Source: Octopus sinensis
Taxonomy: Eukaryota
Direction: 5' to 3'
Length of the DNA stretch: 64,000 nucleotides
Assembly (NCBI RefSeq): GCF_006345805.1
Contig: NC_043002.1
Coordinates: 107,694,001-107,758,000, forward strand
Shown here: one piece after another, positions 50,436 to 63,365 of the stretch
How the letters are laid out: each line of letters starts with the position of its first letter
How positions within the stretch are numbered: position 1 is the first letter of the stretch
The notes under the pieces: generated by a model
Database searches by the model: none
Told to the model about the DNA's origin: nothing
Seen by the model: only the letters and a program-made list of their open reading frames with translations
Position numbers and translations under genes: made by a program

Positions 50436-50799
50436 ATTTCAGAGATATAACATTTTGTGTGCTGCTTAGACCTCAGTAACAAATGTTAAAAATACTATGA
50501 TATCCTCTCACTCAGAACCAGTAGAGTAGTGAGGAGTAAATGAATGAAAATGGGAAGGCTACATTTAGAATATTTCAGTCGTTGTGAAAACTACTTCCGT
50601 CGTTGTGCAAAGCGGTAACGGGGAACTCCATATAATAATAACTATTTTATGAAGGAATGTGTGTGTGATATACAAAAACAAGAAGGAATAATTACAGTAC
50701 AATGCGACACGTATTTCGTAAGTAAGGTATCTGTGGATTACATGTACCTTACTTCATAATAAAATCTAAAACACGAGTCATACAGAATCTTCAAAAGTA

Positions 50800-51003
50800 G
50801 CGTGTGGTTGGATCCATTGTTCGAGTCGAAATCGGGTGATTTCTACAGATGAGGTATTGAAAAGCTTGTCAAACGTTGGGAAGAAGTTGTAAACAACAAG
50901 GGTGAATACATTATTGATTAATTTAGTTGTTATTTTTTTTATTAGACCTTTTAAGACATATAAATTTTTATAAAAACGGCGGGAACTTTGTTGCCAAACT
51001 AAT
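50800..51003 (+). mobile_element. Mariner 3' end with TIR
   Basis: WLDPLFESKSGDFYR*GIEKLVKRWEEVVNNKGEYIID*; TIR cggcgggaactttgttgccaaactaa|TA. Confidence 0.85.
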
Positions 51004-51276
51004 ATAAACATAATCGACTAAAACGCTTCCTAAGAGCAATGTATATTTAGAATAAAATGCAGAAAAACAAATTTCATACATTTTCTATTCTTGTTATTTA
51101 TATTAAAATATATATATTTGATGCATACTATAAACGATATATGTATGCTATTACTATAATTTGTGTTGTATAGCGCTTGTCATCTTGTTCAAATCATTTT
51201 AATTATTGTAATGAATGGGACGAAGTGAATTCTATGATAATGATAATAAATGATAATAATAATAATAATAATAATA

Positions 51277-51462
51277 ATGGTATTTTTATATAAGCTTAAA
51301 GCTTATGGCGATCACCGTACAATAGTCTAATAAAAGGGCATATAAGCCCTTGACAGAAAAAAGAAGGCTTTTCTCTTTACGCAAGGGAGTCGACTATGAG
51401 ATATTTTTCTTAATCATTGCACGGTGATCGCCATTAGCTTTAAGCTTATATAAAAATACCAT
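51277..51462. mobile_element. MITE, 186 bp, ~47-bp TIRs, TA flanks
   Basis: atggtatttttatataagcttaaagct.atggcgatcaccgt.caat and its reverse complement. Confidence 0.85.
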
Positions 51463-51619
51463 TATTACTATTTACAGGATTGCGAATGACGGCGCCGTAA
51501 TAAAAAAAAACCCATCCGCACCGAATGGTTTTTTTATTATATATACATACATATTTTATTATATATATATATACATATAAATATACATATACATATATAT
51601 ATACATTAAATATATATAA

Positions 51620-51652
<33 letters not shown>

Positions 51653-52067
51653 TAATTGTATGTATGTATGTATGTATGTATGTATGTATGTATGTGTATG
51701 TATGTATGTATGTATGTATATATATATACTCACTGTTGTGTCTGGAAAGAGTCACACTCACCGGCAAAATTTCCACTTGTTTTTTTAGTTTTCAAAAATT
51801 TTCGTTGTGTCTTGCAACCTTTTCAATAGTTTGAGTTTGAGTGTTGGGTCCTTTGGGTACTTGGATAACATGCGGATGTCAAGTTGACCCAGGTTACCTC
51901 CATGTTGGTCCTTGGCATGTTGGTAGAGTATGGAGGACTTTTTTTTTTTTTTTGTCGTCATATTTCACGGTTGGCAGTCAAGGTTGCCGAGAATGCGAAT
52001 AGAAATTTAAGCGTTAAGAAATGGAGCAGATAAGACCCAGGCTACTTATACTTCATAGCAAGCGGAA

Positions 52068-52310
52068 CCTCAGAAGTGTTAAGTATCCAAGCAAGGTGTA
52101 CACTGTAGGCTACTCTTCGAGCCCAGGGTATCTTGATTAAATAACATTTGCATTACCGTAAGGAGGTACACGTCAACACATAGAATCGCATCGCCCGTGA
52201 CTTAACATGTACCTCCTAACGACACTGTAAACTTCATTTAATCAAGATACGCTTGGCCCGAAGAGTAGCCTGCTTTACAAACCTCGCTTGAATATTTACC
52301 ACTTCTGAGG
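52068..52310. repeat. Diverged inverted repeat (103-bp arms, 37-bp spacer), probably an old MITE
   Basis: cctcagaagtg...aggaggtaca versus tgtacctcct...cacttctgagg, roughly 80% by eye. Confidence 0.8.
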
Positions 52311-52445
52311 TAACCCGAATGTTATCTACTACATTCCATAACTTTTGTATGTATGTATATATATATATCGCCATGTTGAATCGCTAGCTTCTGCACGCAT
52401 TTTTTTCTCTCCGGTTTTCTCTCTCTCGTGTTTCTTTTCTGTGTA

Positions 52446-52483
52446 TCTTTCTGTTGAAGAGCGTAGGCTCGAAACGTAAGAGA
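52446..52483 (+). ncRNA. Hammerhead-like motif with variant core CUGUUGA
   Basis: UCUUU-CUGUUGA-A-GAGC[GUAG]GCUC-GAA-ACGU-A-AGAGA. Confidence 0.55.
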
Positions 52484-53499
52484 CTTGTTTTATTTATATT
52501 CCTGAGCGCCATACTAATACAATTGTTTGTTTGTACTCCACCTGCCTTCGTCTTTTGTTTATTTTTTTCGTAAAGCTTCCCGTTATATATATCCATACAC
52601 CCGCACATACATAAAGACATGCTCATATGTATGGATGAATGGATGAATGAATGCGTGTGTGCCTGCATGGATATGTATCAAGGACTACGATTGCAAACAT
52701 ATTGTGGTTACTTTAGCTATCAACACATGTAAACACAAACCATGCAGAAAACAAAACGAAAAGCTCATTCACAAAATCTCTCCCACACCGCAAAAAAACA
52801 CCACCACAACTATTATTGTTGGCAATATTTGGTGAAAGATTGCCAGCAGCTCTTCAGACAAAGGAATATTTAATAGACATGCAAACTATTACAAAAAAGG
52901 AAAAAGCACTAGAGAATAGTGGATTTACAATAACAATTAAATTCACGCCGAAAACTTAACCTCAAATAATCCTCAGTTAGCGAAACAAAAGTCGTATAAA
53001 CCGTACTTGTAACATAATCTGGTTAAACGCTCCATAGAATTTCAATGAGGAATTCAATATTGTTAAGAATGTCCTAAACTTTATTTAGAATAAGTACTCC
53101 ACAGGACATATATATTCCAAACAGTTTAACAGAAAAAACCTAAAGGTAAGTTACAGTTGCATGACAATTTCAAAGAAAGTCGTCGGGGGGTTAATATTGG
53201 CTATTATCATGTCTTTGGGGCCGATAAAATAAATAAATTGGGTTGATGTAATTGACTGCCACATTCTCAAAACTGCTGGATTTGAGCCAAAATTAGAAAG
53301 AATTATTATTATTGTTATTTTTCTTAATCTGCGCGTCTGATGCAATCACTTACCGGGTCACGTCCCGCGCCTTGTGGCAAGTGAAAGTTAAGAAATGTTT
53401 AGATATAACCGAAAGTTGGGGCAGGGAAAGTGGGACGGGCAGTACAGAAATACGTTTATATAATACAACACAACATAAACGTTTGAATTGATAGGGATT

Positions 53500-53900
53500 G
53501 CTAAGGATGTATACGGTACTTCGATTTCTTTGAATTTCTTTGAGACATGGTTCTCCTGGGATGTTATCTAGCTGTTTCTGACATCTCTTTTTCATGATGC
53601 AGAAGACACCTACAATAATGGCAGTTTTTTGCTTTAAGATGCCACATCTTTTGTATTTCGATTGCAGGTCCTTATATTTACTAAGTTTGCTAAATTCCTT
53701 ATCAAATATGATCTTATCAGCGGGGAAACTTATATCTATCAGTTTACAAGTATTTTCTTCATTGTATTTAATAATCATGTCTGGTTGATTAGCCTGGATC
53801 GTTTCAGTCAGTGTTAAGTGGAAAATCCCGCGAGATAGTGACATTTCTACCTGCAACCATTGGATCAGGATGATGTTCATACAAGTTTGCAGGAATGTTG
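53500..53900 (-). mobile_element. R4/Dong-like RLE LINE 3' region (family 2)
   Basis: TIQANQPDMII...CKLIDISFPAD...KEFSKLSKYKDL; PD-(D/E)xK-type RLE motifs; homologous to 62508-62729. Confidence 0.85.
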
Positions 53901-53956
53901 ATTTGATAATGCTTACATATTTTCTAATATAAACACTGTCCTACCCTACCGTGGCG

Positions 53957-54004
<48 letters not shown>

Positions 54005-54005
<1 letters not shown>

Positions 54006-54290
54006 GAGTGAGAGAGCAGTTCATGCCATCAAAGTGACACTGGGGTAAAATATACGAAGCCCAATATACCCATCATGACTACCCGTCTGATAAGGGTACA
54101 CCAGGCACATGCATCACAACCATATGTGCGCGACATGGTGATCTCATATCAAGATAAACAGCACATGATCTTGCAGGTGGGGCCCAGTTAGAATTTTCTT
54201 CAGGTTGAGTAACCCATCCCGCTCAAAAGGTCCCTGAATAAGGGTTGTTTAAGGAAGCACATGACCTTGCAGGTGGGGCCAGCACATGAC

Positions 54291-54291
<1 letters not shown>
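54005..54291 (-). mobile_element. Element E, 5'-truncated, with duplicated sequence at the junction
   Basis: Intact CACTCA end; truncation followed by a repeat of agcacatgaccttgcaggtggggcc. Confidence 0.85.
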
Positions 54292-54326
<35 letters not shown>

Positions 54327-54639
54327 TATCATCGTCATCATCATCATCATCATCCTTTACCACTGCTACCTGCAGCCTACAGTACTGTGTTATCCGTTCT
54401 TTTCAGCTATCTAATACTTTCCTGATTATTCTGTCCGTGACAAGGAGGCAATCCTTTTGTAACAATTCTACTTGGCTCTTTATTCCAATTTACTTTATAT
54501 TCCCTTTGATGCCTTTTGATTCTGTTCCCAAGAATCCAACAATAATTGGCTCGATCTTCACCTTCTTTATTTTCCATTGCCAGCCTATTTCGTACTTAAG
54601 ACAGTTGTATCTGTCTATCTCTGCGCCTTCCTTCTTGAC

Positions 54640-54682
<43 letters not shown>

Positions 54683-54706
54683 GTTGTTGGTTGTTGTTGT
54701 TGTTAT

Positions 54707-55206
54707 TGAGTGAGAGAGCAGTTCATGCCATCAAAGTGACACTGGGGTAAAATATACGAAGCCCAGTATACCCATCATGACTACCCGTCTGATAAAGGTA
54801 CCCCAGGCACATGCATCACAACCATATGTGCACGACATGGTGATCTCATATCAAGATAAATAGCACGTGACCTTGCAGGTGGGGCCCAGTTAGAAATTTC
54901 TTTTGGTCGAGTAGCCCATCCTGCTCAAAAGGTCCCTGAATAAGGATTGTTTAAGCATGTTGAACGAAACACCCATGTTTCCAGCGGTGAATTATCAAAA
55001 TCCCGAAGAATCCCTCTCAACACATGGCTATGATGCTCCCCCACTACTTCTGCTCGTGATCAGATATGCACATATCGTCAGCCACTAAGGGACATGGTCA
55101 ACTGGTTAAGGTCAAACAACTGACAAGCAAATCTGTGGTATTGAGCAGGATATTTGCTGTAGCCCATTTTTTATACCAAGACAAAACAATGTACATGATA
55201 ACACTT
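54707..55206 (-). mobile_element. Element E, lacking ~55 nt of its 5' end
   Basis: Intact CACTCA end; stops at gataacactt. Confidence 0.85.
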
Positions 55207-55238
55207 ATTGTTGTTGTTGTTGGTGTTGTGTTGTTCTT

Positions 55239-55269
<31 letters not shown>

Positions 55270-55334
55270 TTATTATTATTATTATATATACTATTATATT
55301 ATTATTATTATATATTATTATTTATTATTATTAT

Positions 55335-55500
55335 TGTCTTTGCACAGCTTCTAACGCCGGAGATGTACTACGATGCCAGCTGTTAACTGCCAGTTAACTA
55401 AAGTAACACCCCTTATTTTTCGAGCACCAACCGGAGTATTCGAGCGGTTCCCAGCAGTGCTGTTTTCTTCAGGTGCTCCACCCTTATTGCAGCCCCTATT
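55335..55500 (-). mobile_element. RLE LINE family 1, extreme 3' end
   Basis: Reverse complement of 61095-61258. Confidence 0.85.
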
Positions 55501-55760
55501 TCGAGCACTTTCAAATGCTATGCGCGGAGTTTTGTTCCATACTGAGGGAGAATTGAGAGCTTGGTTGGATCCATTGTTCGAGTCGAAATCGGGTGATTTC
55601 TACATATGAGGTATTGAAAAGCTTGTTAAACTTTGGAAAGAAGTTGTAAACAACAAGGGTGAATACGTTATGAATTAATTAGTCGTTATTTTTTTTATTA
55701 AACCATTTAAGTCATATAAATTTTTATAAAAACGGCGGGAACTTTGTTGCCAAACTAATA
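55501..55760 (+). mobile_element. Mariner 3' end with TIR (same family and flank as 50800-51085)
   Basis: RALSNAMRGVLFHTEGELRAWLDPLFESKSGDFY...VVNNKGEY. Confidence 0.85.
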
Positions 55761-56063
55761 TAAACATAATTGACTAAAACGCTTCCTAAGAGCAATGTAT
55801 ATTTAGAATAAAATGCAGAAAAACAAATTTCATACATTTTCATAATTTAATTACCATCAGTAGCTGGTTCGTTTGGAATGAACATAATTAATTCTATAAT
55901 TACATTATCGAGACACATAATTAATGAAAATTAACTTATATTAAACTAATTTAATCTAATACTCATCGTAAATCATCAGAGAATAGTCCCAGCTATGCTA
56001 AGCCATAAAGCGCTGCTGGTTTAAGTGTCATACATATACATATACACACACACATGCGTACAT

Positions 56064-56140
56064 ATCTAATATAATAAATGCGAAAACTAATCTCTGTGTG
56101 TCAGTGTGTCACACTTTGACCCCTTCTCTCACTATTCAGT
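56064..56140 (+). mobile_element. Non-autonomous Helitron-like 5' end fragment
   Basis: aTCtaatataataaatgcgaaa, similar to Lep1-type 5' termini. Confidence 0.5.
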
Positions 56141-56222
56141 GACACTTCTACTACTGTTGATGATGTTTTATTAATAGTAGTAGTGTTGATGGTGGCAGTG
56201 GGAGTAATAATAAGAGAGAGAG

Positions 56223-56259
<37 letters not shown>

Positions 56260-57326
56260 GTGTGTGTGGATATGTGAGAGAAAGAGGGACAGAACACTAA
56301 ATTAATTTTTTTAGTACCACCACATCTGCCATACACACACCATTCAGATTTCTGACACCACCACCATCAATATCTTTGACTTCGCTGCCTTCCCATCCAC
56401 CACCATCACCACTGTTTTTCACATCACTTGCTCTTACTTCATCCATCACCTCCTCGGCTACCACTACCATCACCACTGCCGCCTTCACCTCTATCAAAAC
56501 TGCAGCCCACACTATTACTATCGCTCCCATTACCATCACAATATGGCTGAAAGGTGAGTGTTTGGCGGATGTGGTGGCGATGGTGGTGGTACTGTTGTTT
56601 ATCATGAAACTTTGCAATAAGTCAACAAATTATATCATTGTTTTGATGAAAATTGTTCATTGCTTGAAAAATATTGTTCAACCTGCTGGGTTCGGTTACA
56701 CTGCATTGATAAAGGGCAAATACCCTGAAACATGTCTGCAGATGCCTGACCAGCAAGGGGAAGCGGCTGACCTCCCCTGTTCGAAGGTTATAGTGGACAC
56801 AGGTTCATGTGTCATATAGGTAGCTAGAGGCGATGGCCTCTTGGAGCTAATCAACGGCAGCTTTCATACTATATTCATGGACTGCCATATTAGCTTGGCG
56901 ATAATTATTAATATCCAGTACCGCTGCCGCAGTCTCCTATAGAGAGACTTACAAATAATAATATCTATATAGGTGTGTGTGTGTGTGTTGTGTGGTGTGT
57001 GTATGTGTGTTGTGTGTGTGTGTGTGGAAAAAAGTCAACGACCTCGAACCCACAAGAGTAAACAAGAGAGACGGAGACAGGCAGAAACAAGGAAAATGCC
57101 TCTTGTGTTTGAATACTATGCAAATATTCTTTTCAAAGACTTTTCATTTAATTTTTCCAAAATTTAATTCTTTTCCATACTTACAGTTGAAAAAGTCTTA
57201 ATGACCGAAACCGGTAATGAAATATTTTTTATAAAATTATTTTAGCATTTTCTACCTTGACTTTTTCCATATATACATCAACTCTCGTGGTTTTTTCAAC
57301 CTTCTACATACATATACATACATACA

Positions 57327-57418
<92 letters not shown>

Positions 57419-57607
57419 CATACATATATATATATATTATATATATATACATGTAAATGAATACCTACATACACACATACATACATATAACACACTATGT
57501 ATAAAGTATGTTTCATATCATGTTAACTTCATTCCAAAGATGGAGACTTGTATCCTTGTTGGGGACCGGCTCCCTCCTCAGTGGAAGTGTAATAATTAAT
57601 ATATTAT

Positions 57608-57652
<45 letters not shown>

Positions 57653-58501
57653 TATGTAAAAAATAAAAAAACGGGACAAGAACGCAATTTAGAAGACGAT
57701 ACAAAAAACACGGACGGGACATTCGAAGCCTTCAATCTTCAGTCAAGAACCGGATCATCCTCGCAATTTCGGCTGATTAATCTTGAGATCGCTCCGATCC
57801 GGCCAGCCCCAAGGAAAAAACTAAGCTACGAGCAATAGATTTCTTGGAAAAAGGATCGAATGTATACGAAACAGGAACAGAAAAACGGACGATGCCACAC
57901 GAATATAAATACAAAAAACAATAATAGTAATAACAGGACAAAAACACCGGGTGTCTTACGACTATAGACAGTACAACTTAGTTTAGCTGGCGTATTTGGA
58001 AAAAAATGCCTTTTTCGGCAGACGAAGAAAACGATGTTCTCATGGCGGTGGTCGGAAGCCGAAAGGCTGGTTGACCAGCGGTCATGTGAGAGGAGAAGAG
58101 AGAGAGAAAAAGGGGGCAAAGGAATCAAAGAGAGAGAGAAAAATAGGGACAAAGGCACCAAAGAGGGGCGAAGTGAGAGAAAGAAGGAATTAAAGAGGGG
58201 AGAAGAAAGAGAGCGTGCCAAGGATTGGCTTGGCGACAGAATCAGTGAGGTGCAAAGTGAGAAAGACAGAGAAATGTGGGAGAGTGAGGGAAGATGAGGC
58301 CAAAGAATCAGAGGCAAGAAAAGAGAAAAGGAGGAGGAGAAGAGAGAGAGAGAAAGAGACAGATCAAAGTGGGGTGCAAAGTGTGAAAGGCAGAGAAATG
58401 TAGGTGGGGGGGGGAGATACAGTGTTATAGAGTCCTACCAAATTTAAAGAAATATGTACTTACATATCAGACCAAAAGGGTACGGGCGTTGCTATTATAT
58501 A

Positions 58502-58546
<45 letters not shown>

Positions 58547-58640
58547 ATATATATATATATAGTAGGGAATATAATTCCAAACTTAAAGGGAAAAATTCAG
58601 TTTAGCAATTCTAAATCAAATTTCACAATATATAATATAT

Positions 58641-58872
58641 GAGAAATAAACTCTATTAAGTAATTCAATAGTGAAAGACATTATCTATATCACATAGAAA
58701 AAATTTAAATATACTATTATAAATATTATTTTAAAAATCACTAAATTAAGTAAACATGTTTACTTAATTTAGTGATTTTTTGAATAATATTTATAATAGT
58801 ATATTAACATATTTTCTATGTGATATAGATAATGTCTTTCACTATTGAATTACTTAATAGAGTTTATTTCTC
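58641..58872. repeat. Spacerless palindrome, 116-bp arms
   Basis: Centre gtaaaCATGtttac (58750-58763); about 5 mismatches. Confidence 0.95.
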
Positions 58873-58894
58873 TTAATTATATACATACATATAT

Positions 58895-59178
58895 CACCGT
58901 GATCACCGTGACCAACCAGGCTATCAGACGTTGCTACACATCGCTGATTACAATGCGCTTCGCATTGTTTTAGCTTTCAATTGATGCCACCCCGCTGGCT
59001 AAGCGAGCAGGTCAACAGAAGAAAGATAGCGAGAAAGTTGTGGCGAAAGAGTACAGCAGGGATCGCCCCCTCCCCCTGCCGGAGCCTCGTGGAGCTTTAG
59101 GTGTCTCGCTCAATAAACACTCACTTCGGTCTGGGAAATGAAACCGCGATCCTACAACCACTGGGCCATTGCGCCTCC
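58895..59178 (-). mobile_element. SINE family C head with tail type 3
   Basis: ggaggcgcaatggcccagtgg...gctccacgaggctccggcagggg, then a different 3' segment ending ggtcacggtgatcacggtgat. Confidence 0.8.
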
Positions 59179-59202
59179 ACGCATACATACATACTACATA
59201 CA

Positions 59203-59287
<85 letters not shown>

Positions 59288-60057
59288 AATTAAGGACTGA
59301 ACACGAAAAGTGGACAGTCAACATGCTAGATATAGACGTCAAATCGCCATTCACCACAAAAGATTATGTTCTCAGATCAAACTCAGATATATATATATAT
59401 ATATATGGGGTCCAAACGTTTTAATGCCTTCTATTGCGTTTTTGTTCCATTTATATATATATATTTATTTATTTATATATTTATATATATATATACATAT
59501 ACACACGCACGCTCGCTCACAGAAATCGTGAAAGACGTTACACCATCGTATGAAAGCTACCTCGCTCACATTTGCTCGGCTACTTACTATGTGACGGCGA
59601 CGTATAAAGTGCGTGTTTCATATCATGTTTGTATTATTCTTACTACCATCCGTGCCAGTAATTATGAAGCTACTGTGTACTTTGTTGAGCTGCGAACGAA
59701 CTGCGAAAGCGAAGATAAATAAATCCTTCACGTAGCAGGGCGACTTGATATCTATTTCTCAGGTGATATGATGATGTACTTACAATAACTTGCCGTGTTC
59801 TTCAACGAAATAAAAGGGTACCTGCCGAGAACTTGACGTCACGAACTGAGAATTGGTCAAATTCTAGGATTTCTTTTGGGGATGACTATTCATAGGAGTG
59901 GAAGGTGTCTTTGAATTCCTTAACGCTGTGAAACTAGAAAACGCTCCCTTTACACAAAATGCCTAAATCTGCTTTGGACGACTATTTGGGTGAGTCGTTG
60001 TAGTAAAAAAATATGCAAGGGAAGGATTCGCGTCAAATTAGGTTCATTGAGCAACAC

Positions 60058-60179
60058 AGCTGCTGCTGCTGCTACTGCTGCTACTACTACTACTACTACT
60101 ACTACTACTGCTGCTGCTGCTACTGCTACTGCTGCTGCTGCCCCTCCACCTCCTACTGCTGCTGCTGCTGCTGCTGCTT

Positions 60180-60216
<37 letters not shown>

Positions 60217-60346
60217 AGCTGCTGCTGCTGCTACTGCTGTTGCTCCCCTCCTCCTCTTACTGCCGCTGCTGCTGCTACTACTACTGCTACTGCTGCTGCC
60301 CCTCCTCCTACTGCTGCTGCTACTACTACTACTACTACTACTACTG

Positions 60347-60383
<37 letters not shown>

Positions 60384-60385
60384 AG

Positions 60386-60417
<32 letters not shown>

Positions 60418-60445
60418 GCTGCTGCCACTGCTGCTACTACTACTG

Positions 60446-60499
<54 letters not shown>

Positions 60500-60500
60500 T
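60058..60500. repeat. Compound (CTA/CTG)n microsatellite
   Basis: Direct inspection. Confidence 0.95.
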
Positions 60501-60763
60501 TACTATTGCGTATCCAGCTTATTCACGGCAGTCATTGAATCATCAGAAGAAATGAATGAACGGCGCCTCAAGGAATTGTGTTTATTCCATAACATCATTC
60601 AGTGTAGAAGACCAAACCGAAAGCCCCAGAAGCATTGTGCTGCAGCGGGGCCACGTCTAAACTTATAAGGTTATAAATCGGATAGGAAACGTTAGTTGAC
60701 CAGTAGCACAATAGTAATAATACTAATACTAATACTAATACTACTACCACTAATAATAATAAT

Positions 60764-61258
60764 GATTGGTACGGCCACAAACCCGAAGGCATCATCGAAA
60801 ATGATAATGCAAAGATCCTGTGAGATTTTACGATCCAGTGCGACCATGAGACAGAGAATAAGAAGTCGGGCATAATCTTAATTGAGAAAGAAAACAAACT
60901 ATGCTGGATCATAGACATAGCATGCCCGGCTGACAACAAGGTATGCGATAAGGAAGAAAGGAAAGTCGATAGATATGACAGGTTAGCTTGGGAAGTTAAG
61001 CAGTTGTGGTCGAGGAAAAAGGTGGTAGTAGTACCAATAATTGTCGGAGCCCTGGGATCAGTGAGTGAAAGTCTTGAGAAGTACGTGGAATAAATAAGGG
61101 GCTGCAATAAGGGTGGAGCACTTGAAGAAAACAGCACTGCTTGGAACCGCTCGAGTATTCCGGAAGGTGCTCGAAAAATAAGAGGTGTTACCTTAGTTCA
61201 CTGGTAGTGAACAGCTGACATCGTAGTACATCTACAGCGTTAGAAGCTGTGCAAAGGC
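60764..61258 (+). mobile_element. R4/Dong-like RLE LINE, 5'-truncated, in (AAT)n (family 1)
   Basis: WYGHKPEGIIENDNAKIL*DFTIQCD...IIDIACPADNKVCDKEERKVDRYDRLAWEVKQLW...VPIIVGALG. Confidence 0.9.
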
Positions 61259-61301
<43 letters not shown>

Positions 61302-61360
61302 TAAGAAGAAGAAGAAGAAGAAGAAGAAGAATGAAGACGACGACGATGATGATGATGATA

Positions 61361-61392
<32 letters not shown>

Positions 61393-61453
61393 GATGATAA
61401 TAATTTTAATAATAATAACAACAACAACAATAATAATTATAATAGTAATATTA

Positions 61454-61548
<95 letters not shown>

Positions 61549-61927
61549 TAATAACCGACTTGGCCGTCCACCAGATGTGGTTCTCACCTGTCCTACTCTT
61601 CTCTCAACTATTTCTTCTGTTTTTTTTTGTGTTTTTTTTTGGTTATTTTGCTTGTGTATATCTTTGTTTTATTTACGCACCTTCTCATTTAATATAGATA
61701 CATAAATATTATCTTATCTTATCTTCAGACGTCTAACACTTGAAAGGGGGAAACTGAAAACTGCTTTGCATGGTTGACTGTTTTGAAAGGAAGATCCATA
61801 GGTACCCATGTCTAGTAATATAGCTTCACCATTAGTTCCGACTGGGCTGGAGGTATTATCTTAACGCTCACACACGTTTTGACACAGAGAAACACCCTCC
61901 ACACACACGCACACACACACACACACA

Positions 61928-62156
61928 CTTTTACTCTTCTACTTGTTTCAGACATTTCACTGCGGTCATGCTGGAGTACTGCCTTTTAGTCGAACAAATC
62001 GACGCCAGGACTTATTTTTTTGTAAGCTTTGTACTTATTCTATCGTTCTCTTTTGCTGAACCGCTAAGTTACGGGGACGCCAACACAACAAAATCGGTTG
62101 TCAAGCAATGGTGGGACACACACAGACATACAGACACACATACGCGCACACACACA

Positions 62157-62187
<31 letters not shown>

Positions 62188-62365
62188 AACCCACGCACAC
62201 ACATACACACACACAACCGGCTTCTTTCAGTTTCCGTCTATCAAATCCACTCACAAGGCTTTGGTCGGCCCGAGGTTACAGCAGAATACACTTGACCAAG
62301 GTGCAACGCAGTGAGACTGAACCCGGAACCATATGGTTGGGAAGCAAGCTTCTTGCCACACAGAA
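61928..62365 (-). mobile_element. SINE family B
   Basis: Family B in reverse with an internal (CA)n. Confidence 0.85.
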
Positions 62366-62462
62366 ACTCCTGGGCCTACACATACACACACAGCGGTTCT
62401 GTAGTCAAAAATATAAACTTCTGCACGTGATAGTCAACTATACAACTTTCTAAACATAATAA

Positions 62463-62506
<44 letters not shown>

Positions 62507-62888
62507 GTTTGACAAGCTCAGAAAATATAAAGACCTACTCATTGAAATTGAGAAAATGTGGCATCTCAAGGCGGTTACAATACCAGTGATCGTAGGAGCA
62601 CTAGGAATGATCAAGAAGGGAACCGAAAATTATATGAGAATGATCCCTGGCTTACCATCCCTGCAAGAAGTGCAAAAGATTGTCTTAACTGGTACATCAC
62701 ACGTATTGAGAAGAGCATTGTCGATGTGAGAACTGTTGCTGCTCATGTATTTTAATTTAACTTTAAAAAAAAAAAAAAATGAACGAACTACTGAGTTTGG
62801 TTTAATGGCCTACCAATGTATACTATGAGTTTCTTTGCCCTAGGAGTCGGGAAGACACTCGGCAAGAAATGGAAGCAAATTTGAAAGA
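62507..62888 (+). mobile_element. R4/Dong-like RLE LINE 3' end in (AAT)n (family 2)
   Basis: FDKLRKYKDLLIEIEKMWHLKAVTIPVIVGALGMIKKG...LQEVQKIVLTGTSHVLRRALSM*. Confidence 0.9.
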
Positions 62889-62901
62889 AGAAGAAAAAAA
62901 A

Positions 62902-62949
<48 letters not shown>

Positions 62950-63365
62950 CGATGATGATAATAATAATAATGATATAAATATGTATGCATGCATGGAATG
63001 TATGTAGATTCGTATTCGTGTATGTCACAAGTATATATGTGTATATGTATGTAAGTATGACAGTATGTGGGTGCATATTTGTATGTTTCTATGTATATTA
63101 TATGTGTATGTATATATTTATTCATGTATGTATATGTGTCTGTTTATAGGTGTATATGCATGTACATATGTCTCTATGTATCTTTGTATACATGTATCAA
63201 TGTATGTACACATGTATATCAATAAATATATGTGTATAGATGTACGTATGTATGAAAATATGTTTGTAGCTATGTCTGCAAGCTTGTATATATACAAAAG
63301 ACGAAGACAGGTGGTGTACAAAACAAACAGATGTATTAGTATAACGCTCAGGAATAGAAAAAAGT

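Noticed and set aside
59990-60668. Poly-T/A/L/Y ORFs
   Set aside because: (CTA/CTG)n microsatellite
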